Positions 27,563 to 37,490 of a stretch of DNA of 38,539 nucleotides are shown here, piece after piece. The first letter of the stretch is position 1, and every line of letters begins with the position of its first letter. Location of the stretch: the NCBI GenBank assembly GCA_903863425.1, contig CAIPBY010000012.1, positions 1 through 38,539 on the forward strand. The letters are read 5' to 3'. The position numbers were made by a program, and so were the translations under genes. The notes beneath the pieces are model-generated. The model saw only the letters and a list, made by a program, of their open reading frames with translations, did not search any database and was not told where the DNA came from. The stretch comes from Candidatus Buchananbacteria bacterium (lineage in GTDB: Bacteria; Patescibacteriota; Patescibacteriia; 2-01-FULL-39-33).

Positions 27563-28246
27563 ATGAAATTACCAGTCTACAATTTAGCGGGAGAAAAGAC
27601 CAAGGAAATAGAATTAAGTTCTAGAATATTTGGCGTGAAAGTAAAACCCGAAGTTGTTCATCAGGTGGTGATAGCCCAACAAGCAAATTCCAGACAGGTT
27701 CTGGCTCATACCAAAGATAAGAGCGAAGTTCGTGGTGGCGGTAAGAAGCCATGGAAGCAAAAAGGTACTGGACGCGCTAGACACGGATCATCCAGGTCTC
27801 CAATTTGGAAAGGTGGAGGCGTTACTTTCGGTCCTACCAAAGACAGAAATTACACTTTGGGAGTCAATACCAAGCAAAAGCAATTGGCTATGGCCATGTG
27901 TTTATCTGATAAAGTAGCAAATAATTTATTTGTAGTATTCGAAAAATTGGAATTACCCAAGGGCAAGACCAAGGAATTGACTTCATGGGTTAAAGAGATT
28001 AAGTCCAAAGTTGTTGAATTAGGAAAAACCAAGAAAATATTATTTGTTTTGGATAATAATGATGAGAAATTTATTAGATCAGCATATAACTTAGATAATG
28101 CCAATACTATTACTGCTGATTCTCTTAATTGTGTTGAATTACTTAAATATGATGCAGTTTTGGCATCATCTGAGGCCGTGGATATGATAGAAAAGCATTA
28201 CAAAAAGGTATCGCAGAAAACAGTAAATAAAGAAGAAACTAAATAA
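27563..28246 (+). CDS. rplD: 50S ribosomal protein L4
   Basis: KPWKQKGTGRARHGS. Confidence 0.98.
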   Translation: MKLPVYNLAGEKTKEIELSSRIFGVKVKPEVVHQVVIAQQANSRQVLAHTKDKSEVRGGGKKPWKQKGTGRARHGSSRSPIWKGGGVTFGPTKDRNYTLGVNTKQKQLAMAMCLSDKVANNLFVVFEKLELPKGKTKELTSWVKEIKSKVVELGKTKKILFVLDNNDEKFIRSAYNLDNANTITADSLNCVELLKYDAVLASSEAVDMIEKHYKKVSQKTVNKEETK

Positions 28247-28250
28247 AGAT

Positions 28251-28724
28251 ATGGGAATTTTCGATAAATTCAAAAATAAGAAAGATGATGATTCAACTGA
28301 TGACAAGAAGTCAGCAGTAGTTTCAAAGCCCGTCAAAGAAGAAACTAAGGCCAAAATTGAGCCTAAGATTAAGTCTGAGAATAAAGTAGAAGATGTTGTG
28401 GCTCATGAGACTGAGACTGTTTCCAAGACTGGCGCCAAAGAAAATCTATTCGGAGTTTTGGTCAGACCTATAGTTACAGAAAAATCTTCCATGCTAGGAG
28501 CGCTTAATCAATATGCTTTCTTGGTCTCCGCTGATGCTAATAAAATTCAGGTAGCTCGAGCCGTAAAGGAAAAGTATGGCGTTACTCCAAGCAGAGTGAA
28601 TATTTTGAATAAAAGCGGAAGAAAGGTGAGATATGGCAAGACTTATGGCCGAACCAGCGACACCAGAAAGGCTATCGTGTTTTTGCCAGAAGGAAAATCA
28701 ATAACTATTTACGAAGGAATATAA
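28251..28724 (+). CDS. rplW: 50S ribosomal protein L23 (long N-terminal extension)
   Basis: RPIVTEKS, ANKIQV, RKAIVFL; position in operon. Confidence 0.95.
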   Translation: MGIFDKFKNKKDDDSTDDKKSAVVSKPVKEETKAKIEPKIKSENKVEDVVAHETETVSKTGAKENLFGVLVRPIVTEKSSMLGALNQYAFLVSADANKIQVARAVKEKYGVTPSRVNILNKSGRKVRYGKTYGRTSDTRKAIVFLPEGKSITIYEGI

Positions 28725-28731
28725 TTAATAT

Positions 28732-29577
28732 ATGGCAATAAGAATTTATAAACCAACATCTCCAGCCAGGCGCCAAACATCAGTTTTGGTAACTGATACT
28801 GGTGCCAATAAGCCACTCAAGAAATTGATTCTTAGCGGTAAGAATTTTGCTGGCAGAAATAATCAAGGCAAGATTACGGTTAGGCATCAAGGTGGCGGTT
28901 ATAACAAGAAAATCAGAATTATTGATTTCAAAAGAGATAAGTTTGATATTCCTGCTGTTGTGGCTTCACTTGAATATGATCCAGGTAGAAATGCCAAGAT
29001 TGCCTTGCTTCATTATGCTGATGGCGAAAAAAGATATATAATAGCTTCAGACGGTTTGAAAGTTGGCGAGAAGTTACTTAGTTCTTCAAAACTGATTGAG
29101 ATTAAAGAAGGCAATCATATGCCTTTGGAAGTTATTCCTCCGGGAATGTTCGTCCACAGCGTAGAGCTTTGTCCAGGTAAAGGCGCTCAGATTGCTCGAG
29201 GCGCAGGAAGCAATGTTTATTTGATGGGTATTGATAATGGCAAAGCACAACTCAAGATGCCTTCAGGAGAAGTGAGATTAGTTTCTGAAAAATGTTTAGC
29301 TACTATTGGCACAGTTAGCAATTCAGAATTCAAGAATATTCGTTGGGGTAAGGCAGGAAGAATGCGACATAGAGGAATCAGGCCAACTGTCCGAGGAAAA
29401 GTTATGAATCCAGTTGATCATCCTCATGGTGGTGGTGAAGGCCATAATCCAATTGGTATGAAGCATCCGAAGACTCCTTGGGGCAAACCAGCTCTCGGAG
29501 TGAAGACCAGAAAACCGAATAAGAAATCACAGAAATTGATTTTGAAAAGAAGACCATCCAGGAAGAAAAGCAAATAA
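28732..29577 (+). CDS. rplB: 50S ribosomal protein L2
   Basis: [27 protein letters not shown]. Confidence 0.99.
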   Translation: MAIRIYKPTSPARRQTSVLVTDTGANKPLKKLILSGKNFAGRNNQGKITVRHQGGGYNKKIRIIDFKRDKFDIPAVVASLEYDPGRNAKIALLHYADGEKRYIIASDGLKVGEKLLSSSKLIEIKEGNHMPLEVIPPGMFVHSVELCPGKGAQIARGAGSNVYLMGIDNGKAQLKMPSGEVRLVSEKCLATIGTVSNSEFKNIRWGKAGRMRHRGIRPTVRGKVMNPVDHPHGGGEGHNPIGMKHPKTPWGKPALGVKTRKPNKKSQKLILKRRPSRKKSK

Positions 29578-29602
29578 ATAAAAAGAGACTAAATTATAAT
29601 AT

Positions 29603-29890
29603 ATGCCAAGAAGTTTAAAGAAAGGCCCATACGTAGATCAAAGATTGATGGCCAAATTAGCTAAGTTGAAAATCGGCGAAAAAACCGTTATTAAGACTTG
29701 GGCTAGAAATTCCACAATTACTCCAGAAATGGTAGGGTTTACTTTTGGTGTGCATAATGGCAAAGAGCATATAGCAGTGTTGGTCTCAGAAAACATGGTT
29801 GGACACAAGCTAGGCGAATTTTCTCCAACCAAGAAGTTTATTAGACATGGAGGAAAGATTCAAAAGGCGATAGAGCAATCTAAGAAGTAA
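29603..29890 (+). CDS. rpsS: 30S ribosomal protein S19
   Basis: RSLKKGP, GHKLGEF. Confidence 0.99.
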   Translation: MPRSLKKGPYVDQRLMAKLAKLKIGEKTVIKTWARNSTITPEMVGFTFGVHNGKEHIAVLVSENMVGHKLGEFSPTKKFIRHGGKIQKAIEQSKK

Positions 29891-29897
29891 TAAATTT

Positions 29898-30437
29898 ATG
29901 GAAACCAAAGCTAAAGCAAAATTTCTCAAGATTTCACCCAGAAAAGTCAGACTCGTTGCAGATCTGATCAGGGGTTTGAATGTGGAAGAAGCCATGGTTC
30001 AATTGCAATTCACTAGAAAAGCATCTTGCGATCCATTGAAGAAGCTTCTTAAATCCGCTATAGCCAATGCTGAAGAAAATGATGATTTGAAAAGAAGTAA
30101 TTTATTTATTTCCGAAATCAGGGTTGATGAGGCTCCTACCACCTATCGTTGGATGCCAAGAGCTATGGGTAGAGCTACTCCAATTAGAAAGAGGGCATCT
30201 CATGTCAGTTTGATTCTTGATGAAAGGATTCCTACAACGGAGAAGAAGGCCAAAGAGAAAAAAGATAGTAAAGATGATATAGTTAAGATAGAAGATTTTG
30301 ATCAATTGAAAGCCGTAGAGAAGGAAAAGAGTAAAGATGAGAAGATTACTGACGGCAAAGGAAAAGGCGGATCAACTGCCAAACCGCAAAAAGGTTTTGC
30401 TAATAAACTATTTAATAGAAGATCAGGCGAAAGATAA
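29898..30437 (+). CDS. rplV: 50S ribosomal protein L22 (C-terminal extension)
   Basis: SPRKVRLVADLIRG, PRAMGRA. Confidence 0.98.
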   Translation: METKAKAKFLKISPRKVRLVADLIRGLNVEEAMVQLQFTRKASCDPLKKLLKSAIANAEENDDLKRSNLFISEIRVDEAPTTYRWMPRAMGRATPIRKRASHVSLILDERIPTTEKKAKEKKDSKDDIVKIEDFDQLKAVEKEKSKDEKITDGKGKGGSTAKPQKGFANKLFNRRSGER

Positions 30438-30442
30438 AATAT

Positions 30443-31162
30443 ATGGGACAAAAAGTTCATCCAAAAAGTTTCAGACTGAAAATAAATAAGACTTGGGATT
30501 CCAAGTGGTATGCCGACAAAAAGGATTTTGCAGATCTTCTTCGGCAGGATGTTTTGGTTCGAAAATTTATTATGAAGAAGTTGAAGAATGCCATGGTAGC
30601 CAGAGTGGATATCGAGCGCACATCCAATGCTTTAAACATAAATATTTTTTCAGCTAAGCCGGGTGTTATTATCGGACGTGGAGGATCTGGAGCTGAAGAT
30701 TTGAAGAAAGAAATCCACAATTCATATCTTAAGGATGCTTTCAGCAGGAAAAGAGGACTCAAGAGTATTAACGTCAATATTTTGGAAGTTGAAAGGCCAG
30801 GATTAGAAGCCTCTTTGATTGGCCAAGTTATCGCCGCTGATTTAGAAAGACGTATTCCATTTAGAAGATCAATCAAGCAAGCCATTGGCAGAGTAGAAAA
30901 AGCCGGAGCTAAGGGTGTTAAGGTTATCGTTTCAGGAAGACTTGATGGAGCTGAAATTGCTAGACGCGAAACTTTATTTTCTGGCAAGATTCCTCTTCAT
31001 ACTTTGCGAGCAGACATTGATTATTCCAGAATTGCAGCTCAGACTATTTACGGAAAAGTAGGAGTAAAGGTTTGGGTGTACAAGGGAGAAGTTTTCGGAG
31101 AGCAGAAAGATAAGGAAGAAGGCAAAAATAAAGAAAATAGAGAAAGAAAATCAAATAATTAA
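30443..31162 (+). CDS. rpsC: 30S ribosomal protein S3
   Basis: [27 protein letters not shown]. Confidence 0.99.
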   Translation: MGQKVHPKSFRLKINKTWDSKWYADKKDFADLLRQDVLVRKFIMKKLKNAMVARVDIERTSNALNINIFSAKPGVIIGRGGSGAEDLKKEIHNSYLKDAFSRKRGLKSINVNILEVERPGLEASLIGQVIAADLERRIPFRRSIKQAIGRVEKAGAKGVKVIVSGRLDGAEIARRETLFSGKIPLHTLRADIDYSRIAAQTIYGKVGVKVWVYKGEVFGEQKDKEEGKNKENRERKSNN

Positions 31163-31167
31163 ATATT

Positions 31168-31575
31168 ATGTTGGCACCAAAGAAGTTAAAAAGAAGAAAA
31201 CAACATCGTCCAGATGTTCGAGGCGTGGCTACCGCTTGCAACACCGTTGCTTTTGGTAAATTCGCCTTGAAAGCAATTACTGGAGGTTGGATTGATGCCA
31301 AGCAAATCGAAGCATCGAGGCGGGTAATGACTAGATTCGTGAAGCGTGGCGGAAAGATTTGGATCAGAATATTCCCACATAGACCTATTACCAATAAGGG
31401 TAGTCAATCCACTATGGGTGGAGGAAAAGGTGTGCCGGAATATTATGTAGCTATTGTGAAGCCAGGAACAGTCATATTTGAAATGGACGGAGTGACAGAG
31501 GCTCAAGCCACCGAAGCCATGACTTTGGCTGGACATAAATTACCAGTAAAAACTAGAGTTGTAATCAAAGATTAA
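31168..31575 (+). CDS. rplP: 50S ribosomal protein L16
   Basis: [14 protein letters not shown]. Confidence 0.98.
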   Translation: MLAPKKLKRRKQHRPDVRGVATACNTVAFGKFALKAITGGWIDAKQIEASRRVMTRFVKRGGKIWIRIFPHRPITNKGSQSTMGGGKGVPEYYVAIVKPGTVIFEMDGVTEAQATEAMTLAGHKLPVKTRVVIKD

Positions 31576-31579
31576 TTAT

Positions 31580-31765
31580 ATGGAAATTAAAGAATTAAGA
31601 TTAAAACCGATTGGAGAGTTGGATTCTATATTGCATGACTTACGCAAGAAAAGAGAGGATTTAGAATTCAAATCCAAGCAGAATCAATTGAAAAAGGTTC
31701 GAGATCTTCGGGTTGTAAAGAAAGATATTGCTCAAGTTTTAACTGTTTTAAAAGAAAAAAAATAA
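31580..31765 (+). CDS. rpmC: 50S ribosomal protein L29
   Basis: KKDIAQVLT; position in operon. Confidence 0.93.
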   Translation: MEIKELRLKPIGELDSILHDLRKKREDLEFKSKQNQLKKVRDLRVVKKDIAQVLTVLKEKK

Positions 31766-31769
31766 AAAT

Positions 31770-32018
31770 ATGAGTGAAGAAAAAAAAGTAACTAGCAGGA
31801 AGTTTAAGGGTGAGGTTGTTTCTAATAAAATGACTAAGACTATTGTGGTTAAAGTTGAGTCCTTTAAATTGCATCCTAAATATAAGAAGAGATACAAGGT
31901 AAGTAGCAAATATAAGGTTCATGACGAATTAGGAATATGCAAAGTCGGGGATAAAATTGAATTTATGGAATGCCGACCAATGAGCAAAGATAAGCGATGG
32001 ACAGTAATAAATAAATAG
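31770..32018 (+). CDS. rpsQ: 30S ribosomal protein S17
   Basis: KMTKTIVV, HPKYKK, RPMSKDKRW. Confidence 0.98.
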   Translation: MSEEKKVTSRKFKGEVVSNKMTKTIVVKVESFKLHPKYKKRYKVSSKYKVHDELGICKVGDKIEFMECRPMSKDKRWTVINK

Positions 32019-32119
32019 TTCATAAAGTTATAAAGTTCATAAAGTTAAAAGAAATGCAAAAACATCAAAACAATTATTAATTGACTTTATAAACTTTACT
32101 AACTTTATAAACTTTCAAC
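32018..32119 (+). repeat. AAGTTAT/ATAACTT-family element (rpsQ-rplN)
   Basis: TA-GTT...AAC-TA; ends 8 nt before ATG. Confidence 0.85.
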
Positions 32120-32127
32120 TAAAATAT

Positions 32128-32499
32128 ATGGTACAAATGCAATCAATATTAAAGTCTGCCGATAATACTGGAGCCAAAAAGCTCTATGTGATTAAGGCGC
32201 TTGGAGGATATCAAAGAAGATACGCTAGACTTGGCGATATTGTAACTGCTTCAGTCAAGGAAGCTACACCTCATAGCATGGTCAAAAAAGGCGATGTGGT
32301 TCAGGCAGTACTCGTTCGTACTAGAAAAGAAGTGAGACGCCCAGATGGTTCATATATCAGGTTCGATGATAATGCGGCAGTAATTATTGATATGAAGAAT
32401 AAAGAAATGAAAGGAACTAGAATTTTTGGACCAGTGGCTAGAGAGCTTAGAAATTTAGGATTCCAAAAGATTATTTCTTTGGCTCCAGAAGTATTGTAA
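32128..32499 (+). CDS. rplN: 50S ribosomal protein L14
   Basis: [19 protein letters not shown]. Confidence 0.99.
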   Translation: MVQMQSILKSADNTGAKKLYVIKALGGYQRRYARLGDIVTASVKEATPHSMVKKGDVVQAVLVRTRKEVRRPDGSYIRFDDNAAVIIDMKNKEMKGTRIFGPVARELRNLGFQKIISLAPEVL

Positions 32500-32526
32500 A
32501 TATATAAATTATTAAATATCAAAGAT

Positions 32527-32838
32527 ATGAAGATAAAAGTCGGTGATAAAATAAAGATTTTGTCAGGCAAAGACAAAGGCAAATCCGGAAAGGTATTGCA
32601 GGTTTTTGTAGCTGAAGAAAGAGTAGTGGTTGAAGGTTTGAATTTAATGATCAAGAATCAAAAAGGCAAAAAACAAGGAGAAAAAGGACAGAGAATTCAA
32701 TTTCCTTGCCCAATTAATATTTCCAATTTAGCTCTTATCTGCCCAAGATGCGGAGCGGCTGCTAGAGTCGGATACAAAATGCTTGAAGACGGCTCCAAGA
32801 AGAGCAGAATGTGCAAGAAATGCCAAGAAGCAATATAA
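32527..32838 (+). CDS. rplX: 50S ribosomal protein L24
   Basis: GKDKGKSGKV KOW motif; CPRC..CKKC. Confidence 0.97.
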   Translation: MKIKVGDKIKILSGKDKGKSGKVLQVFVAEERVVVEGLNLMIKNQKGKKQGEKGQRIQFPCPINISNLALICPRCGAAARVGYKMLEDGSKKSRMCKKCQEAI

Positions 32839-32848
32839 GACAAAAAAT

Positions 32849-33394
32849 ATGAAATCAATATTATATAAAAAATATCAAGAAGAAGTGAAGCCGGCTTTGA
32901 AGGAAAAATTTGGCATTAAAAACCAAATGGCTATTCCTAAAATTATCAAGGTTAGTATTAATAGTGGCATAAATGCTAGAAATACTGATAGTCATTTTGT
33001 GGAATTGGTAGATAATACTTTAACTAGAATTACCGGACAGAAGCCAATTAAGACCAAAGCCAAGAAAGCTATTTCTGCTTTCAAAGTTAGAGAGAATATG
33101 GTAGTGGGAGTTACGGTCACTTTGCGAGGCCAGAAAATGTATGATTTTCTTGATAAATTAATTAATATTTCTATTCCTAGAATTAGGGATTTTAGAGGAT
33201 TATCAGAGAAGAATGTTGATAAACAGGGCAATTTAAATTTGGGCTTCAAGGAACATAATGTTTTTCCGGAAATAAGAAGCGACGAAGTCGAAAGAATTCA
33301 TGGACTCCAGATTTCTATTTCTACTACGGCCGAGAAATATGACCGAGGATTAGAGTTGTTTAAACTCCTAGGATTCCCTTTTCAAAAGAAATAA
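32849..33394 (+). CDS. rplE: 50S ribosomal protein L5
   Basis: ITGQKP, PRIRDFRG; start reassigned to ATG 32849. Confidence 0.98.
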   Translation: MKSILYKKYQEEVKPALKEKFGIKNQMAIPKIIKVSINSGINARNTDSHFVELVDNTLTRITGQKPIKTKAKKAISAFKVRENMVVGVTVTLRGQKMYDFLDKLINISIPRIRDFRGLSEKNVDKQGNLNLGFKEHNVFPEIRSDEVERIHGLQISISTTAEKYDRGLELFKLLGFPFQKK

Positions 33395-33406
33395 GATTTA
33401 TAATAT

Positions 33407-33592
33407 ATGGCAACAGAAGCACAGATCGCAAAATCCAAAAAGACACCTAAGTTTTCTTCTCGTAAAGTGAATAGATGTTGGAAATGCGGTAGAAGACATG
33501 GTTATCTTAGAGATTTCAAGTTGTGTAGAATTTGTTTCAGGGAGTTAGCCAATAACGGCCAAATTCCTGGAGTTACAAAATCTTCATGGTAA
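33407..33592 (+). CDS. rpsN: 30S ribosomal protein S14 type Z
   Basis: [24 protein letters not shown]. Confidence 0.97.
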   Translation: MATEAQIAKSKKTPKFSSRKVNRCWKCGRRHGYLRDFKLCRICFRELANNGQIPGVTKSSW

Positions 33593-33617
33593 TTAATATT
33601 TAATTATTTATTTTAAT

Positions 33618-34016
33618 ATGACAGATCCAATTGCAGACATGCTTACTCGAATCAGAAATGCTTCCAGAGTCAAGAAGGCGGAGGTTTTTATTCCATTTTC
33701 CAAAATAAAATTGGCTATTATTAAAATTATGAAATCTCATGGTCTTATTGAAGGATATAGCGAGATTAAGCCAGGAGAAGACAATAAATTCGGCGGTATA
33801 ATGATAAATCTTAAATATGAAGATGGCAAACCAGCCATATCCAGCCTGAAGAGAATTTCTAAGCCAGGAAGAAGGGTTTATGTAGCCAAAGATGAAATGC
33901 CTAATGTTTTGAATAATTTCGGATTGGCCATAGTTTCCACTTCACAAGGATTATTCACCAACAAAGAGGCCAAAAAGATGGGTCTTGGCGGAGAAGTGAT
34001 TTGCGAAATATACTAA
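33618..34016 (+). CDS. rpsH: 30S ribosomal protein S8
   Basis: DPIADMLTRIRNA, SKPGRRVY. Confidence 0.99.
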   Translation: MTDPIADMLTRIRNASRVKKAEVFIPFSKIKLAIIKIMKSHGLIEGYSEIKPGEDNKFGGIMINLKYEDGKPAISSLKRISKPGRRVYVAKDEMPNVLNNFGLAIVSTSQGLFTNKEAKKMGLGGEVICEIY

Positions 34017-34020
34017 TTAA

Positions 34021-34109
34021 GTTAAAAGTTATAAAGTTTATCAAGTTCATAAAGATAATGCAAATACTAATTAAAAATTTAACTTTCTAACTTTATAAAC
34101 TTTACGAAC
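34021..34109 (+). repeat. AAGTTAT/ATAACTT-family element (rpsH-rplF)
   Basis: TAA-GTT...AAC-TAA; ends 8 nt before ATG. Confidence 0.85.
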
Positions 34110-34117
34110 TAAACTAT

Positions 34118-34663
34118 ATGAGCAGAATAGGAAAACAATTAATAAGCATTCCCAGCGAAGTTGATTTCAAGATTGACGATGGCTTTGTAGTTATCAAAGG
34201 ACCAAAAGGAGAACTCAAGCAATTTATCCATCCCCAGGTGATAGTTGAATCCAAAGATGGAGTTATTACTGTCAAAGTGCAGGATGAAAATGACAAAAGT
34301 CAAAGAGCTCTTTGGGGTTTGTACGGTAGTTTGGTTAAGAATATGGTAACTGGAGTAACTGTTGGTTTCGTAGAAAAATTAGAAATCAATGGAGTCGGCA
34401 TGAAAGCCGCAGTAGCTGGTAATAAGTTGATTTTAAATGTTGGTTTTTCTCATCCAGTAGAATATAATATACCTGTTGGGATGCAAATAACCGTAGAAGG
34501 CAATATCATTTCCATTGGTGGTATAGACAAACAGGTTGTCGGTGAAATTGCTGCTCAAATCAGAAAGATTAAGAAAGTTGAGCCATACAAAGGCAAAGGC
34601 ATTAAGTATGTCGGCGAGCAAGTTCGTCGCAAGGCTGGTAAAGCTGCCGCAAAAGCTAAATAG
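34118..34663 (+). CDS. rplF: 50S ribosomal protein L6
   Basis: MSRIGK, EPYKGKGI. Confidence 0.99.
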   Translation: MSRIGKQLISIPSEVDFKIDDGFVVIKGPKGELKQFIHPQVIVESKDGVITVKVQDENDKSQRALWGLYGSLVKNMVTGVTVGFVEKLEINGVGMKAAVAGNKLILNVGFSHPVEYNIPVGMQITVEGNIISIGGIDKQVVGEIAAQIRKIKKVEPYKGKGIKYVGEQVRRKAGKAAAKAK

Positions 34664-34672
34664 TAAAAATAT

Positions 34673-35026
34673 ATGAATAAAGTAAGATCAAAAATACAAA
34701 CAAAAGTTAGAAGGCAGGCCAGAACCAGAGCCAAAATTTCTGGCACGGCAACTCGTCCTAGGATTTCTGTTGCCCGCAGTTTGAGCCATATTTATGTTCA
34801 GATGATTGATGATGCTAGTGGAAAGACTATTTTATCTGTCAAAGACGGTGAAGTGTCTGCTGGTAAGAATAAGGTTGAAACAGCTTCTGCCGTGGGCAAG
34901 CTTTTGGGAGAAAAGGCAATGGAGAAGAAAATTACAGAAGCCGTTTTTGATAAGGGCATGAATAAGTATCATGGCCGGGTTAAGGCAGTCGCTGATGGCG
35001 CCAGAGAAGCAGGATTAAAAATATAA
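34673..35026 (+). CDS. rplR: 50S ribosomal protein L18
   Basis: RPRISV, YHGRVKAVADGAREAGL. Confidence 0.98.
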   Translation: MNKVRSKIQTKVRRQARTRAKISGTATRPRISVARSLSHIYVQMIDDASGKTILSVKDGEVSAGKNKVETASAVGKLLGEKAMEKKITEAVFDKGMNKYHGRVKAVADGAREAGLKI

Positions 35027-35030
35027 AAAT

Positions 35031-35555
35031 ATGAATACAAAAGACAGCAGAAGAAAAAATCCTAGACTAAAAAAGGAAGAACCTGAATACCAACAGCAAA
35101 TTGTTGATATTGCTAGAGTTACTCGTGTTATGGCTGGTGGCAAAAGAATGAGCTTTCGAGCTTGCGTAGTTATCGGCGACAAAAAGGGAAAAGTGGGAAT
35201 GGGACTAGCCAAAGCCAAAGATGTTCCCATGGCCGTGCAAAAAGGCGTAAGACAAGCTGAGAAAAATCTTATCAAAGTAAATACTGTAAATGGTACTATA
35301 CCTCATGAAGTTTATGTCAAACTTGGCGCAGCCAAAGTGCTTTTGAAACCAGCTCCTCTTGGTACTGGTATTATTTCTGGAGGCGCAGCGAGATTGGTTC
35401 TTGAATTGGCTGGAATTGAAAATATTGTTTCCAAGATTTTGGGTACCAATAATAAAGTCAATAATGTTAGAGCGACTCTTAGGGCTTTGGAGATGCTTAA
35501 GAAGAAAAAAAAGAAGAATGAGAATATAGAAGATAAAGAGAAGGAAATAAAATAA
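35031..35555 (+). CDS. rpsE: 30S ribosomal protein S5
   Basis: RVTRVMAGGKR, PAPLGTGII. Confidence 0.98.
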   Translation: MNTKDSRRKNPRLKKEEPEYQQQIVDIARVTRVMAGGKRMSFRACVVIGDKKGKVGMGLAKAKDVPMAVQKGVRQAEKNLIKVNTVNGTIPHEVYVKLGAAKVLLKPAPLGTGIISGGAARLVLELAGIENIVSKILGTNNKVNNVRATLRALEMLKKKKKKNENIEDKEKEIK

Positions 35556-35651
35556 GTTCATAAAGTTATAAAGTTCATAAAGTTATAAAGTAAATACAAA
35601 AAATAATTAAGAATTAAACTTTATAACTTTCAACTTTATAAACTTAATAAC
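35556..35651 (+). repeat. AAGTTAT/ATAACTT-family element (rpsE-rplO, at the usual rpmD position)
   Basis: TAA-GTT...AAC-TAA; ends 8 nt before ATG. Confidence 0.85.
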
Positions 35652-35659
35652 TAAATTAT

Positions 35660-36109
35660 ATGTCATTAAACTTATCAAATTTAAAGCCAGCCAAAGGCTC
35701 GACCAAAAAGAAAAAGAGAATTGGTCGTGGAGGCAAAAGAGGCGCTTACTCTGGCAAGGGTATGAAAGGCCAAAAGGCTAGAAGCGGTGTTTCCGGTTTG
35801 AAGGCCTTGGGTTTCAGACAAACACTACTGCGAACTCCAAAGAGCAGAGGATTTCGAAGTATCAAGCCAAAGATGCCAGTCGTTGATATTGTCAGATTAG
35901 AGAAGAAAGTAGAAGATGGCGCTACTATCGACCTGAAAAAAATGAAAAGACTCAGTCTGGTTGAATCCAATATTAAATCAGTCAAAGTTATTGGTAAAGG
36001 AGAATTAACCAAGAAGTTAACTGTTATCGCCGACGGATATTCTGCAGGAGCCAAAGAATCAATTGAAAAAGCTGGCGGAAAGGCAGAGATTAAAGTAAAA
36101 AGTTCATAA
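35660..36109 (+). CDS. rplO: 50S ribosomal protein L15
   Basis: RIGRG, GKGMKGQKARSG, IEKAGG. Confidence 0.98.
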   Translation: MSLNLSNLKPAKGSTKKKKRIGRGGKRGAYSGKGMKGQKARSGVSGLKALGFRQTLLRTPKSRGFRSIKPKMPVVDIVRLEKKVEDGATIDLKKMKRLSLVESNIKSVKVIGKGELTKKLTVIADGYSAGAKESIEKAGGKAEIKVKSS

Positions 36110-36181
36110 AGTTTATAAAGTTCATAAAGTTGGGGAAGAAATCCATAACTTTATAACTTTCAACTTTATAACTTTATAAAC
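36102..36181 (+). repeat. AAGTTAT/ATAACTT-family element (rplO-secY); left arm supplies the rplO stop
   Basis: GTTCATAAAGTTTATAAAG...ACTTTATAAAC; ends 10 nt before ATG. Confidence 0.85.
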
Positions 36182-36191
36182 TAAAGTTTAT

Positions 36192-37466
36192 ATGTTAAAA
36201 AAGTTAGCACAGATTTGGAAGATAAAGGATTTGCGCAGAAGTTTGCTTTTTGTTGGTGCTATGCTTATTTTATTTCGCATAACTGCTCAAATTCCTATTC
36301 CAGGAGTTGATGTGATTGCTTTGAAGAAATTATTCGCGGGCAATCAGCTTTTAGGATTGATGGACGTGTTCTCTGGAGGCGGTATGTCTTCTTTCTCGGT
36401 TACTATGTTGGGCGTCGCTCCCTATATTACCTCTTCAATTATTTTCCAGCTTTTGGCTATGGTTGTTCCTAAGTTGGAAGAATTATCCAAAGAAGGTGAG
36501 TATGGTAGGAACAAGATTAATCAATGGACTCGTTGGTTAAGTGTGCCTTTGGCCATACTTCAATCATTCGGTATGATTACCATACTTCGAAATTCATCCG
36601 CTCATGTCATAGGTAATTTTTCTCCAGCACAGTTAGTTGTAGCAGTTTTGACCATTACAGCCGGTACGGTTTTCTTAATGTGGATTGGAGAACTTATCAC
36701 TGAGAAGCAAATCGGCAATGGTATTTCTTTGATAATTTTTGCCGGTATTATCTCTCGTTTGCCTAGCGCTATTAGCAAGAATGCCGCTACCATGGATACC
36801 AGCACCATAATCAATATGGTTATTTTTGCTATTATTGCTCTTATTACCATTATTGGTGTGGTTATTGTGACAGAAGGACAGAGAAATATACCAGTTTCTT
36901 ATGCCAGGAGAGTACGTGGCAATAAGATGTTTGGCGGAACCAATACTCATTTGCCTATTCGTGTCAACCAAGCTGGTGTAATTCCTATTATTTTTGCTAT
37001 TTCTATTATTTTGTTTCCGCCCATGATAGCAGGATTTTTCGTCAATGCCAAGACGGTTATGATTGTAAATGTGGCTCAGTGGGTTATAATGCTGTTTCAA
37101 AATCAGCTTTTCTACGGAATATTGTATTTCGTAATGGTAGTGGCCTTCACTTATTTCTATACTGCAGTTATCTTTCATCCAGATCAGATATCAGAGAATT
37201 TGCAGAAACAAGGAGGGTTTATTCCTGGAATCAGACCTGGTAAAAGTACGACCGAGTTTTTGCAAAAGATTGTGACCAGAATTGTTTTCTCTGGAGCCTT
37301 GTTCTTGGGTATTATCGCGGTCTTGCCACTCATTACAGCTCAGATTACCGGAACCAAGGCCTTGGTTGTCGGCGGTACTAGCTTGCTCATCGTGGTATCT
37401 GTAGTCATTGAAACTGTAAATCAGATCAATGCTCAACTCTCTATGAGGGATTATGAGGAAATATAA
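36192..37466 (+). CDS. secY: Preprotein translocase subunit SecY
   Basis: GVAPYITSSII, GNGISLIIF, IPGIRPG, GGTSLLI. Confidence 0.99.
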   Translation: MLKKLAQIWKIKDLRRSLLFVGAMLILFRITAQIPIPGVDVIALKKLFAGNQLLGLMDVFSGGGMSSFSVTMLGVAPYITSSIIFQLLAMVVPKLEELSKEGEYGRNKINQWTRWLSVPLAILQSFGMITILRNSSAHVIGNFSPAQLVVAVLTITAGTVFLMWIGELITEKQIGNGISLIIFAGIISRLPSAISKNAATMDTSTIINMVIFAIIALITIIGVVIVTEGQRNIPVSYARRVRGNKMFGGTNTHLPIRVNQAGVIPIIFAISIILFPPMIAGFFVNAKTVMIVNVAQWVIMLFQNQLFYGILYFVMVVAFTYFYTAVIFHPDQISENLQKQGGFIPGIRPGKSTTEFLQKIVTRIVFSGALFLGIIAVLPLITAQITGTKALVVGGTSLLIVVSVVIETVNQINAQLSMRDYEEI

Positions 37467-37490
37467 TTAAAAGCCCGTAAGGGCTTTTAA
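37467..37490 (+). terminator. Hairpin/terminator after secY
   Basis: TTAAAAGCCC-GTAA-GGGCTTTTAA (GNRA loop). Confidence 0.7.

Noticed and set aside
5168-36181. AAGTTAT-family elements as a CRISPR array (GTT...AAC ends)
   Set aside because: Copies are dispersed, degenerate and variable in length, with no repeat-spacer periodicity and no cas genes in the window
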